A stretch of DNA of 64,000 bases from a phage: the sequence record QB031382.1; one strand, 5' to 3'. A program made the position numbers and the translations under genes. The notes under the pieces are model-generated. The model worked only from the letters and a program-made list of their open reading frames with translations. It was not told the DNA's origin and searched no databases. Positions 29,105 through 39,278 of the stretch are shown piece by piece (positions within the stretch are counted from its first letter, which is position 1; each line of letters opens with the position of its first letter).

Positions 29105-32100
29105 TGCCAATTGCAATGATTGATAACATCGTTGCTTCTGCAAGATCTTCAAGTTATGACTGGAACGCATCCAAGGCAGCTCTGGCTGACAGCCTGAACA
29201 CTGTTACCACCAGAACTCTGGATAAGATTTTCGAGGGCAACAAATCTTACAGAAGTCAGCAAGATAGACAAAAGCTTCTCAGATCTTCTGCTGCACCTTG
29301 CTCTGTAGTATATGGAAAGACACGCACATCTGGATTGCTTGCGTTTTTGGAGCAGGACAGGGACAGAACCCTTCATTGTGCTATTGTTCTTGCTAATCAT
29401 CCCTTGGAAGGCATAGAAGATATACTTATCGACGGTAATCCTATTTCTTCGTATGGTGATTTGGTATCATGGGAGTTACATAACGACAGGAAAACCTCTG
29501 ATCCTTTCATGGGCACACACTGCCCTTCATGGTCACCAGACATGATAGGTAGAGGGATCAGTTGGCTACGTGCCAGCTTCAAGTTCGACCCTAACAAGTT
29601 TCCTTTTGGGTTGCCAAACGTTACACTCGTTAAGGTTGGTAAAAAATGCTATGATCCTCGTATCAGTAAAGAGGTGTACACCAATAACGCATCCTTGGTG
29701 ATCCTGGACTATTTAAGAACGTACCTTAAATGTCCTGACGAAACCATCAACTGGGAGTCCTTTAAGGAGGCTGCCAACATATGCGACGAGGCGGTAAAAA
29801 ACGCTGACGGAACCAGTGAGCGACGTTACACCATTAACGGTGAGTTTGACATGGATGAGGCCCCAGCAAGTATTATGGCAGAAATGCTGAAAGCTTGCGG
29901 TGCAGACCTTAGTTATGTTGCTGGTAAGTATGGTTTGCTGGTTGGTGCATACTATGGTCCGGCAACAATGACATTGAGTGAGGACTGTGTCTGTGGTGAG
30001 GTTAAGATCTATCCGGAAGCCTCATTTGACAAAAGATCTAACACAATAACTGGCAGATTCACTAGTCCGACCAAAGGGTATTCTGAAACAGATTTCCCAT
30101 CAGTGTTTGTCCCAGAGTGGATAGAGAAGGATGGAGAAAGAAAGATAATCGATATAGACTATCGCTTTGTTACCAGTCCTTATCAAGCTCAACGTGTTTC
30201 TGCAATCTTCTTAAGACGTGCTAGAGCTGGCAGGATTATTGAAGTCACCTGCAATATGCGAGGTTTTAAATTTAAGCCTGGCCGTTACGTTACAATGAAT
30301 CTCCCAAGTATTGGTATAGTAGGCCAAGAAATGAGGGTTCTTGAATGGGAGTTCACCAAAAAGGGTGGTGTCAAGGTAAAACTTCGTCAAGATGCTAAAG
30401 AGTGGAATGATGCCACAGGGCAACTTCCGGATTCTGGTGATGTAGATATTCCGATATCTCCATCTGGTGTAGCTCAACCGCAAAACTTCAGATACTCCGT
30501 CCTCCAAGCTGGGGAAATAACTCACGGTGTTCTGGCTTGGGACAACGTTGGGACTTACGCTCAAAATATTGTGCAGGTAAGAAAGAACGGAGAGATTGTT
30601 TGGACAGCACAGACAGTTGAGCAGTTTGTCCGAGTAGAAGGCTTGACCAAAGGGTCATACACAGCAACCGTGGTTGCAACATCTTATAAAGGTGGTGTAT
30701 CTCCAGAAGCGTACTGCGAGTTTAACATTCAGGCACCTGAAGCTCCTGTTTCTGTAGAGGTTAAGCAGGGATACTTTGCTATCACCTTGATTCCACACAG
30801 CAGGGATTTAGCAAGTGTAAGCACCCAGTATGACTTTTGGACATCTGGTATGACAAGGTTGCCCGACACCAGCGATGCAACCGTTACTTCAAACGCCACC
30901 CGTATGGGTGTTGGTTCAACTTGGACATCCGAAGGTCTGCAGAACGATAAGGTTTATTATTGGTATATTCGAACCACAAACGCTTTTGGTAGCTCTCAGT
31001 TTGTAGAGTGTGCTGCACGCTGCTATACCTCCATTGAGGATTTGATGCCTCAGATAGATGCTGAATTCAAAAAGACAGAAACTTATAAAGAGTTGATGAG
31101 CACTTTGGATTCCTCTATTGAAGAGGTTGAAAATCGTGTCACAGAACTTAACAGGTACATGGATGGTAGAGTTGACGAGGCTTTTGACCACATGGAAGGT
31201 GAGTTCTCTAGAGTAGACAAGCTGTATGCTCAGTTGGGAGATAGGGTTGGAATATTCATCCAAGAAACCCACGACAACTTCCAGGACGTTAATGGAACGC
31301 TTACCACTCTAGATCAGAAACTGGTAGCCACTCAGAACAAGTTTGCAGATGATCTTTCTAAAGAAAGTGGCAAGCTTGCTTCTCTAATCCAGACCACTAA
31401 CAAAGCTACAACCGATCTGTTAAATCAGAAAACTGAAGCTTTGGACGAGAAGATTGTTTCAACCAGGGGTGAGTTGGAAGATGCTTTAGCGCAGGAAAGC
31501 TCTGAGCTGAACTCCCTGATTGTATCAACCAATAAAACGACTACAGATCTCCTTAATCGGAAAACCGAGGCTTTAGACAATAAGCTGACGGCAACGAAAG
31601 GTGAGTTGACCAACAATCTGCAGAATGAGAGTGCTAAACTATCGTCCTTGATTGAGTCAACCAACAAATCCACCACTGATCTTCTTAATAAGAAAACAGA
31701 GGCGTTGGATGAAAAACTGGTTGCTGCACAGGGCGAGTTGACTGAGCAGATCGGAGATGTTGAAAAAGGCTATCTGGCTGGTGATAAGAGCCTAGAGGGC
31801 AAGTTGAATACTCAAAGATCTGAGTTGGATGCGAGCATTCTGAGCACTAACCAGGCCACTGTGGACTTGCTGAACAGAACTTCTGAGACTCTTGACCAGA
31901 AGATTAGCCAGACCAACGCCACAGTGTCCAAAAACTACACCACGCTTGATGGTAAGATAAACACCGCCAAGTCTGATCTTAATACGTTGATTTCTACCAC
32001 CAACAAGGCCACAACTGACCTGTTGAATCAGAAAACGGCAGCTTTGACTGAGCAGTTAACCACTGCTAAAGGGCAGATTACAACCAACACCAATAATATT

Positions 32101-33249
32101 ACTGGGTTGGACAATAAGCTGACTCAGACGAAGAAAGACTTGTCTGCGAATATTTCTGAAACTAATAACGCCACTGTTGATCTGATTAACGGCACAGCGT
32201 CAGCTATTCGTCAAGAACTTGCTGTTGCTAAGCAGGAGATCATTGATGGTGTTGGCGATGTGTCCGAGATCAGGGCTGCAGTAGCTACAACAGCTAAGGC
32301 TGTGACCGACTTAGAGGGTAAAGTAAATGCTCAGTGGGGTACAAAAATACAGGTAGACTCCGCAGGGAATAAATATGTTGCAGGTATCCAGTTGGGGATG
32401 GAAGGGTCTGGGGGCCAAGTTCAATCCTACTTCATGGTTAGTGCAAACAATTTTGCGGTATACAATCCTGGCAATGGAACAGCAACCCTTGCTTTCGCAA
32501 TCAAGAACAACCAAGCGTTCTTGAAAGACGCTTTTATAGAGAATGGCACGATCTCCTCTGCCAAGATCGCACAAGAAATTTCGTCAAACAACTACGATGG
32601 CAACGGGTACCATAAATACGGTTGGTATATTAACAAGAACGGGCACGCCCAATTTATGGATGTGTGGGTGAAAGGCAACATCAACGCCAGTTCTGGTAAC
32701 TTCACAGGGGCAGTTAACGCCACTAGTGGTACCTTCCGTGGGGATGTTTATGCCAATAATGGTAGCTTTAGAGGCACCATAGATGCAACCGGAGGTACCT
32801 TCCGTGGTCGTGTAGAAGCTTCTGTTATCCGTGCCAACCAGTTCGAAGGTGCAATTGTTGCACACAGGACTTACGGGGATTGTGCTCCAGTATATAACTC
32901 TCAGCAAAGGGTTTGCCGTTGGAGGTGGAGATACGTAGATAACGTTTCAGGTCAGGGTAAGAACGTAACATTCTTCTTTAAACTGAACGGTACTCTTGCC
33001 AGCTCCCAACTGAATGCATGGATAGCTGGTCATCAGATCCTTGCTGGCAAGAAGTATTTTAACGACAACAACGGCATGTGTGCGGTAGGGATAACAGGTC
33101 TGGGTGAACAAACTATAGACATTGTTATCGAGATTTACACACCGTGGTCAACGTCGAGCGTGACAGGTGTCACAATCTCCTGTCCCACTGTGATAGTAAG
33201 TCGTTCAAACTCTAGCTTCCAGGGACCTTGGAACGAGTCTCACAACTAA
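29104..33249 (+). CDS. Host specificity / central tail fibre protein, lambda gpJ-like, with expanded coiled-coil repeats
   Basis: Segments parallel lambda J as recalled: APEAPVSVEVKQGYFAITLIPH, YYWYIRTTNAFGSSQFVE, KYVAGIQLGMEGSGGQVQSYFMVSANNFAVYNP, NINASSGNFTGAVNATSGTFRG. Confidence 0.7.
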   Translation: MPIAMIDNIVASARSSSYDWNASKAALADSLNTVTTRTLDKIFEGNKSYRSQQDRQKLLRSSAAPCSVVYGKTRTSGLLAFLEQDRDRTLHCAIVLANHPLEGIEDILIDGNPISSYGDLVSWELHNDRKTSDPFMGTHCPSWSPDMIGRGISWLRASFKFDPNKFPFGLPNVTLVKVGKKCYDPRISKEVYTNNASLVILDYLRTYLKCPDETINWESFKEAANICDEAVKNADGTSERRYTINGEFDMDEAPASIMAEMLKACGADLSYVAGKYGLLVGAYYGPATMTLSEDCVCGEVKIYPEASFDKRSNTITGRFTSPTKGYSETDFPSVFVPEWIEKDGERKIIDIDYRFVTSPYQAQRVSAIFLRRARAGRIIEVTCNMRGFKFKPGRYVTMNLPSIGIVGQEMRVLEWEFTKKGGVKVKLRQDAKEWNDATGQLPDSGDVDIPISPSGVAQPQNFRYSVLQAGEITHGVLAWDNVGTYAQNIVQVRKNGEIVWTAQTVEQFVRVEGLTKGSYTATVVATSYKGGVSPEAYCEFNIQAPEAPVSVEVKQGYFAITLIPHSRDLASVSTQYDFWTSGMTRLPDTSDATVTSNATRMGVGSTWTSEGLQNDKVYYWYIRTTNAFGSSQFVECAARCYTSIEDLMPQIDAEFKKTETYKELMSTLDSSIEEVENRVTELNRYMDGRVDEAFDHMEGEFSRVDKLYAQLGDRVGIFIQETHDNFQDVNGTLTTLDQKLVATQNKFADDLSKESGKLASLIQTTNKATTDLLNQKTEALDEKIVSTRGELEDALAQESSELNSLIVSTNKTTTDLLNRKTEALDNKLTATKGELTNNLQNESAKLSSLIESTNKSTTDLLNKKTEALDEKLVAAQGELTEQIGDVEKGYLAGDKSLEGKLNTQRSELDASILSTNQATVDLLNRTSETLDQKISQTNATVSKNYTTLDGKINTAKSDLNTLISTTNKATTDLLNQKTAALTEQLTTAKGQITTNTNNITGLDNKLTQTKKDLSANISETNNATVDLINGTASAIRQELAVAKQEIIDGVGDVSEIRAAVATTAKAVTDLEGKVNAQWGTKIQVDSAGNKYVAGIQLGMEGSGGQVQSYFMVSANNFAVYNPGNGTATLAFAIKNNQAFLKDAFIENGTISSAKIAQEISSNNYDGNGYHKYGWYINKNGHAQFMDVWVKGNINASSGNFTGAVNATSGTFRGDVYANNGSFRGTIDATGGTFRGRVEASVIRANQFEGAIVAHRTYGDCAPVYNSQQRVCRWRWRYVDNVSGQGKNVTFFFKLNGTLASSQLNAWIAGHQILAGKKYFNDNNGMCAVGITGLGEQTIDIVIEIYTPWSTSSVTGVTISCPTVIVSRSNSSFQGPWNESHN
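31351..32240 (+). repeat. In-frame tandem repeats (period ~123 nt) encoding coiled-coil modules in the J-like protein
   Basis: At least three clear copies (from 31351, 31474, 31597) of L..SLI.STNK.TTDLLN.KTEALD.KL..T.GEL, then degenerate copies. Confidence 0.7.
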
Positions 33250-33257
33250 CCTTTAAA

Positions 33258-33284
33258 GCCCCGCTTCGGCGGGGTTTATTTTTA
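33258..33284 (+). terminator. Intrinsic terminator
   Basis: CCCCGC / TTCG / GCGGGG followed by TTTATTTTTA. The 16-mer is identical to that at 59420-59435. Confidence 0.65.
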
Positions 33285-33292
33285 TGCTCAGA

Positions 33293-33321
33293 TTGACTAT
33301 TGTTACAAAATTTGGTAAAAT
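33293..33321 (+). promoter_or_regulatory. Sigma70-like promoter
   Basis: TTGACT, 17-nt spacer, TGGTAAAAT. Confidence 0.55.
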
Positions 33322-33354
33322 ACCTTGTAGAGATTTTCATACCGGAGGAGTGAC

Positions 33355-34845
33355 GTGGCTAAGTATGGATTGACAGAGGCTGGTTTCGTTATACCAACCC
33401 TAAATGACCTAATCGTTGAAACTAAGCAAAGCCTGATCCGTGCTTTTGGCGAAAACTTCAACGTACAGAGTAACTCCGTTGCAGATAAGCTGACCACTAT
33501 CTTCAACGAGCGAGAGTATCAACTTATTCTTATGGCAGCATCTGTATACGCATCACAGACGCTGTATGGGGCAGAAGGTATTTACCTAGATGAGCTTCTT
33601 GGAAGACAGGGTATTTACCGAAGAGGCCGTTCTAAATCATCAGGTACCTGCCAGTTGACAATCAACACAACTGTGCCGTACAATATGATTTATGATTCCA
33701 AAACTTATACGCTGGACAGTGGCAACTTTGTTCTTAGCAACGATGTGCAAGTAGCAGGGAATCTTATTGCTCACAGAATAAATGCTCCAGACCTAAGGAT
33801 TGGGAAATACAACTTCCAAATTACCAACCAGACAGATGGAAGTATCAAAACAAAAAGCCTGGTTTTAACAGATAAGTCTCTGGACTCTTCTGATTTGCCA
33901 AGCTTTTACGGAGAGATTAAGCAATTCATTGTCGATAATACAACCCTGTTGAACGACGATTTGATTCAGATCGATATGTTGACAGGGACGTTGTGGATAG
34001 GGTACAATTCAAATCTTGATCAAGTTGGACTTAATAGCAGAGTAGATTTCAGAGTATCCCCGATTGTAGGGGAAAGAACTATCACACTGGATGTTATCGC
34101 TAACGAGGCTGGTGAGCTGTCAAGAGAAGCAGAAACCGTGACAACAATGTCGCCTACTCCTAGTGGATTTATCAAGCTTACCAACCGAGAAAGATTCAAT
34201 GAGGGCAGGGATGTTGAGAAGGACTCAGAGTATCGCTTAAGAGCTTCCAGCACTAAACAGTTAACATCTAAAGCTACCCGTCCTGCAATCCTTAGCGCTG
34301 TAAGCGAGGTGAAAGGTGTTGAGAAAGTAAGAGTGTTCTCTAACAACACCGATAAAACGGATGCGAAAGGTATACCACCTTATAAGTTTCAAGTGGTGGT
34401 GTTCGGTGGTGCAACAGAGGATATCTGTCAGGCGCTGTATCAAACCATAGCTTGCACAAACAGAACTTATGGGAATATCTTCTACGATATTACCACATCA
34501 GACGGTCAGACTGAAAGGATTTATTATTCTAAGGCAAACACTTACCGCCTGGATATGAGAATTACCTACTCAGGTGCTGCGCTTTCTACTACCGAAAAAG
34601 ATGCCATTACAGAGGCTCTTTTGCAGGTTGTTAACGGCTTGGATGTTGCCGATACGTTGTACAATATCCAATTGGTCGGTGCTGCATCTGCTGCTGTGTC
34701 GATAGGCAGATTTAATAGACTGGTAATTCAAGTTAAACCTGTGGGAGCTTCTGATGAAGCTTACACTACAAACGACATTGTTGCGAACATGACCGAGGTG
34801 TTTGACCTCGATGAAAGTAATATAACTTTCCAACAAACTATTTAA
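33355..34845 (+). CDS. Baseplate J-like protein (P2 gpJ / T4 gp6 family, putative)
   Basis: GTG start after GGAGGAG. AEGIYLDELLGRQGIYRRGRSKSSGTCQL resembles the Baseplate_J N-terminal signature. Confidence 0.45.
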   Translation: MAKYGLTEAGFVIPTLNDLIVETKQSLIRAFGENFNVQSNSVADKLTTIFNEREYQLILMAASVYASQTLYGAEGIYLDELLGRQGIYRRGRSKSSGTCQLTINTTVPYNMIYDSKTYTLDSGNFVLSNDVQVAGNLIAHRINAPDLRIGKYNFQITNQTDGSIKTKSLVLTDKSLDSSDLPSFYGEIKQFIVDNTTLLNDDLIQIDMLTGTLWIGYNSNLDQVGLNSRVDFRVSPIVGERTITLDVIANEAGELSREAETVTTMSPTPSGFIKLTNRERFNEGRDVEKDSEYRLRASSTKQLTSKATRPAILSAVSEVKGVEKVRVFSNNTDKTDAKGIPPYKFQVVVFGGATEDICQALYQTIACTNRTYGNIFYDITTSDGQTERIYYSKANTYRLDMRITYSGAALSTTEKDAITEALLQVVNGLDVADTLYNIQLVGAASAAVSIGRFNRLVIQVKPVGASDEAYTTNDIVANMTEVFDLDESNITFQQTI

Positions 34846-34856
34846 GGTGGCGGGAT

Positions 34857-35543
34857 ATGGCAGAGATTAAGTCGGATGTTAACCACATCCACACTCTGCC
34901 AGATTTTGTTCAGGGGGGTCTTGACTACCTGCCTGGAGATTTTCTGGCTGAGAAGGTTAATTTAGTCACATTCTTAACCGTGTACCTTAAAAGGTTGGAG
35001 GATGTTGATAAGATGCTGGTAGGTTTGGCTGAAGGAAGATTGCTTAACAATGCCAGCGGAAGATACCTTGACGAAGTTGGTAATCAACTTGGTATTCTTA
35101 GGAATGGACTTTCAGATGCTGATTTTCGTGCCACACTAATTATTCAGCAGGCCGCAGCATCAAGGGGCGGGACTCGCGAAGATGTCATCTCCACCTTGCG
35201 ACAATTGTTCGGAAGAGACAATTTCGATACGTGGAAAGGAGACAACTTCAGGCTTGACATAAATATTAGAAAAACTTGCTTTGACATATTGCAGTCTATT
35301 GATCAGATCTTAGACATGCTACCATTGCCTTGTCATTTGCGTCTTACAGAATCGCAAGGGCAAGCTTTTGGTTTTGAAGGGGACTCTACAGCTCTTGGCT
35401 TCGGATCGGTGTGGGAAGAAAACCAATTCGGAGTTGGTGGGCTGGCTACTTTGTTGTATGTTCCTGACGTAAGACCTGACTGGGACACCACAACCATTTA
35501 TTGTGAAAGTATTACAGTAAACGCAACTAGACAGGAGGGTTAA
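34857..35543 (+). CDS. Baseplate or tail protein (P2 gpI-like, putative)
   Basis: 228-aa ORF directly after the baseplate-J-like gene. Confidence 0.35.
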   Translation: MAEIKSDVNHIHTLPDFVQGGLDYLPGDFLAEKVNLVTFLTVYLKRLEDVDKMLVGLAEGRLLNNASGRYLDEVGNQLGILRNGLSDADFRATLIIQQAAASRGGTREDVISTLRQLFGRDNFDTWKGDNFRLDINIRKTCFDILQSIDQILDMLPLPCHLRLTESQGQAFGFEGDSTALGFGSVWEENQFGVGGLATLLYVPDVRPDWDTTTIYCESITVNATRQEG

Positions 35544-37615
35544 TGGCAACAGCTGTTTTTAAACCTTACCGTGATTACTCTACAATGGCTGCACAGTTTC
35601 ATTACCGAACAGTTCAGGATACTGCTGTTCCTGGGAGGGATTATAATCATGTTGAGGGCGATGTAACTATCCCGGTTGGGGCAACCAGTATCGAGATCCC
35701 TGTAGAAATTGTTGACAAATTGCCAAACAGGTTGCCAAGAAGCTTCTTTATGGAGTTTTCATCAAACTCACAAGGGGTTATGATTGGAACACAAAGAGCG
35801 AAATGTACAATAGTTTCAGATGAGAATCTTGACAGAATATCTTGGGATACCGTTGAGGAGAGAATGTTTCACCCAAGATATTGGGTTACAACCACACAGC
35901 AGACTGAAAGCACCTGTATTGTTGCGGATAATAACTGCTGTATTAACCGTTTAGTGTCAAGAACATATGGAGGCATGGCTGGGTGCATTTGGGAAACAGT
36001 TGACAAGTATGACCATTTCGGCATTGGATTTGATGATCACTACGAGATGAGAAACACCAAGCTTTGGTTCAGAATGTCAATAACCAATGCCAGCAACTTC
36101 TCCACCCCTGAAAAGATGATTATGACTGTAGACCTTGTTGATGGCACAATCATCTATGTTCCTTTAGCTCAATATGCTGTCAGCATCTCAGAGGATAAGA
36201 ATGTTGCAGAAATTCATATTGATTTCGAGGACTGCGTCGGGATGGACCAGAACAACAACATGATGGGTGTTGATCCTCGGCAGGTGAGAAGGATTTTAAT
36301 ACCACTTATGCCTAAAGATTGGGTAAGTAATAGCACAGACCCAAGAACGGAAAATGTAGAGTGCGAGTTGCGTCTAGATCTGCTTCAGCCGGACACAGGC
36401 TGGAAAATGATGCAACTTAACAATATCCAGGTGAAAGAGCACGACGTCGGGATCTGCACAGCATATGACGATATGTGGAACGTATCTCCTTTAAGGGTGT
36501 TGAGCAATATCAAGCGTCTAGGCTATACCGGAACCATAAACCATTATGTTGGTATGAGCCATTATTATGATTACACATGGTCCGGAACTCAATGGTCTAT
36601 AAACAGAACAGGAGCTCTAAACGCTGCAGCTTACAAATGGCACGATGATTTTATGTACAATGCCAAACGACATGACTTTGATGTTATGCAGTCTGTAAGC
36701 TTTGAGCTTTACAGTGATGCCTGTCCGTTGGAATGGACCCAAAGGGATTGGAACGATAACTATGCTAAAACAGGCTATACACCTTGTAGTTACCTCCTGT
36801 CTCCAACCATTGAAGAGGGTATGAATTTCCTTACTGCAGTATTTAAGAATTTTGCATCAGCCGCTATGAGGAACAGCCTGCCAGTGATCATGCAGATTGG
36901 TGAACCGTGGTGGTGGTTCAATACCGATACTCGTAAGCCTTGTATTTATGACTACCCTACAAAACAGGCGTTTTATGATGAAACTGGTGAATATGCCCTA
37001 GACATTGGGACTATTGACGATCCTAAAACTGGTGGTGTTTATGACAAGTATGTAGCATTTTGTCGTGGTAAGCTTGGCGCTCGTATTGCAGCTATTTCAA
37101 AGGCAATAAAAGCACACGCTGCATCGGCTCAGATGACAGCCTTGCTGTTTTTCCCAACCATTATGGAAACCGAGCTTACGCAAAAACTGAACCTTGCCGA
37201 CCAATATAAAAAGGAAGCAGGCGCTCTTGATTTCTTCTGCACTGAGTGCTACGATTGGGTGATGCAGGGTGGTATTGAAAAGGCAAAAGAGTCTGTAAAC
37301 ATACCTATCGTTAAGTTAGGTTGGCAACCGTCTGAAATACAATACCTTGCAGGGTTCGTTCCTAGTAAAGAGCTTGCTCCAGTATATGGCTACGACCCAA
37401 CCAGGAATTACCAAGAATTTTTATGGAGATGTATTTGCGGAAACATGGCAACCATAGAGTATAGATACCCTGAGGTAAAACAGTATGTGTGGGCATACCC
37501 GCAAGTAATGTCTGACAGCATCACTGTTACCGCCAGAGATTCTACCGTGCTTCATATGGGGCAGGTTGCTCTGAAAGGGTATGTAGAAGATGTTGTCCCG
37601 CCAGACTTCTCATAA
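35543..37615 (+). CDS. Tail fibre/spike protein with N-terminal Calx-beta-like module
   Basis: 690 aa. N-terminus (VPGRDYNHVEGDVTIPVGATSIEIPVEIVD) resembles a Calx-beta/Ig-like module; remainder Trp/Cys-rich. Confidence 0.4.
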   Translation: MATAVFKPYRDYSTMAAQFHYRTVQDTAVPGRDYNHVEGDVTIPVGATSIEIPVEIVDKLPNRLPRSFFMEFSSNSQGVMIGTQRAKCTIVSDENLDRISWDTVEERMFHPRYWVTTTQQTESTCIVADNNCCINRLVSRTYGGMAGCIWETVDKYDHFGIGFDDHYEMRNTKLWFRMSITNASNFSTPEKMIMTVDLVDGTIIYVPLAQYAVSISEDKNVAEIHIDFEDCVGMDQNNNMMGVDPRQVRRILIPLMPKDWVSNSTDPRTENVECELRLDLLQPDTGWKMMQLNNIQVKEHDVGICTAYDDMWNVSPLRVLSNIKRLGYTGTINHYVGMSHYYDYTWSGTQWSINRTGALNAAAYKWHDDFMYNAKRHDFDVMQSVSFELYSDACPLEWTQRDWNDNYAKTGYTPCSYLLSPTIEEGMNFLTAVFKNFASAAMRNSLPVIMQIGEPWWWFNTDTRKPCIYDYPTKQAFYDETGEYALDIGTIDDPKTGGVYDKYVAFCRGKLGARIAAISKAIKAHAASAQMTALLFFPTIMETELTQKLNLADQYKKEAGALDFFCTECYDWVMQGGIEKAKESVNIPIVKLGWQPSEIQYLAGFVPSKELAPVYGYDPTRNYQEFLWRCICGNMATIEYRYPEVKQYVWAYPQVMSDSITVTARDSTVLHMGQVALKGYVEDVVPPDFS

Positions 37616-37627
37616 TCAGGAGATAAA

Positions 37628-38668
37628 ATGTCAAAACCTAGTTTTCCATTAGAGATTTGGGCAGAGGAGGATCAGGTTCTGCCTAACACCCACAGACAGA
37701 ACAGGCTACGCCCGATTGATGATTTGTGGAGAAAAGGTTGGGATCTTGGTCAAAAGCCATCCTGTGAAGAACTTAACTATATTTTCAATATGCTCGGGAC
37801 TTGGGCAAAATACATTGCTGACGAGCAGATCCCCGCTCAAGAAGGCCGCTATCTGGTACGTGATAATAACTTGAGTGATCTTTTGAACATCCCTGTTGCC
37901 CGTAGAAACCTTGGAATTATTACTAAGGAAGAGGCAGACGCCAGGTATGTAAAAGTTACAGGTGATACAATGACAGGCCCATTGGGTTTGCAACGTATCA
38001 ACTTTAAAGCTGCCGAGACAGATAAGGCTTGGATAGAGACAACTATTGGCCCAGATAAGACAACTCTTGACTTTGGGTTAAGTGATAATATTGGAGCGTT
38101 CGATGATGGTGGCACATCTACAGTGGATGCGTTCCGTTGGAGATTCCAGCCAACTCAGCCGGACATTAACCCAGAGTTCACTTTAATGTACCTGAACGCA
38201 ATCACGGCTAATCGTGCGTTGTTGAAAGTGGTGGGCAATGTTGAAGTTGTTGATAACATGCGGTGTAATAACCTCACCATTAGTAGCACAGCAACATTCA
38301 CCAACTGCAATGTAGCCAGTCAGTTGACAGCTGGGTCAGTATATGTCAATGGCGGTGCAAGTTGTGATAGTATGGTTGTAAGAAGCCAGCATTGTGTTGT
38401 CGGTAACAGAAATGTGGTGCGCTCTGTGAATGGAGTGACGGCTAACGGCAACGGCGATGTAACGATCACCATCCTACAGACAGGTGTACAGGATATCAGA
38501 ATCGGTGCAAGACTTGTTGATGGTGTTTCTGAATCTCCAGTTCGCAACGGCTACGTTGTCACAGGTTGGCATTTTGGTGATAAAAAAGAGATGCGTGGTT
38601 CAACCTACTGGGCAGGGCCTTTACAAAAACTTGTAAATGGTCAATGGATCACTGTTAATTATGCGTAG
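37628..38668 (+). CDS. Tail fibre protein (paralog A)
   Basis: Shares PLEIWA..D, LKGWD, GDTMTG, LQRI, FRWRFQP, LNAITANRA, RNVVR.VNG and VNGQWIT with the 39684 product. Confidence 0.65.
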   Translation: MSKPSFPLEIWAEEDQVLPNTHRQNRLRPIDDLWRKGWDLGQKPSCEELNYIFNMLGTWAKYIADEQIPAQEGRYLVRDNNLSDLLNIPVARRNLGIITKEEADARYVKVTGDTMTGPLGLQRINFKAAETDKAWIETTIGPDKTTLDFGLSDNIGAFDDGGTSTVDAFRWRFQPTQPDINPEFTLMYLNAITANRALLKVVGNVEVVDNMRCNNLTISSTATFTNCNVASQLTAGSVYVNGGASCDSMVVRSQHCVVGNRNVVRSVNGVTANGNGDVTITILQTGVQDIRIGARLVDGVSESPVRNGYVVTGWHFGDKKEMRGSTYWAGPLQKLVNGQWITVNYA

Positions 38669-38682
38669 ATCGGAGGACTAGC

Positions 38683-39267
38683 ATGAAAATACTTCAAGAG
38701 TTTAAGCTTTACCAGCCGGGATCTGGCGAATACCACACCAACAAAGGTACCAAGGAGCTGACTCCTCAGGAGGTTGAGGATTACACGGCATACACTGGAT
38801 ATTTTTTACGTAATGATGATGGTGATTGGTATGTGCAATCACGAACACTACGACAAGAAAATCCAGGCTGTATCTTCCTACTTGTTGACGAGAAGGGTAT
38901 TCTTAAGACATCTACAGAAGAACCTGATGCCTTGTGGCCTGCTCCAGGTCTTCGTGTGGTTATCGCCAAAAAAGAAGAGGTACCAGAAAACATTATGCTC
39001 CACCACGACGCTTTGCGTTTAGTTGGTGATGAATTTGTCACAGACAATGAATTCTTTGTTCAACAGGCAGAGGGTGTCATAGAGACAGAACTTGCTTGGG
39101 CTACTGCTAGAATTGGTGCCTATCAAGACATGATTGACCTTGAATACGATCTCACTGATGACCAAAAACGCAACATCAGAGATTTGAAAATGTACAGGGT
39201 AAAACTTCTTGAAATAGATACATCTAAAGCCCCTGACATTTTCTTCCCGGAACGACCTACCCTCTAA
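38683..39267 (+). CDS. Tail fibre assembly chaperone (Tfa-like)
   Basis: C-terminus DQKRNIRDLKMYRVKLLEIDTSKAPDIFFPERP matches the conserved Tfa C-terminal motif. Directly downstream of a fibre gene. Confidence 0.55.
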   Translation: MKILQEFKLYQPGSGEYHTNKGTKELTPQEVEDYTAYTGYFLRNDDGDWYVQSRTLRQENPGCIFLLVDEKGILKTSTEEPDALWPAPGLRVVIAKKEEVPENIMLHHDALRLVGDEFVTDNEFFVQQAEGVIETELAWATARIGAYQDMIDLEYDLTDDQKRNIRDLKMYRVKLLEIDTSKAPDIFFPERPTL

Positions 39268-39278
39268 GAGGAGGTGTT

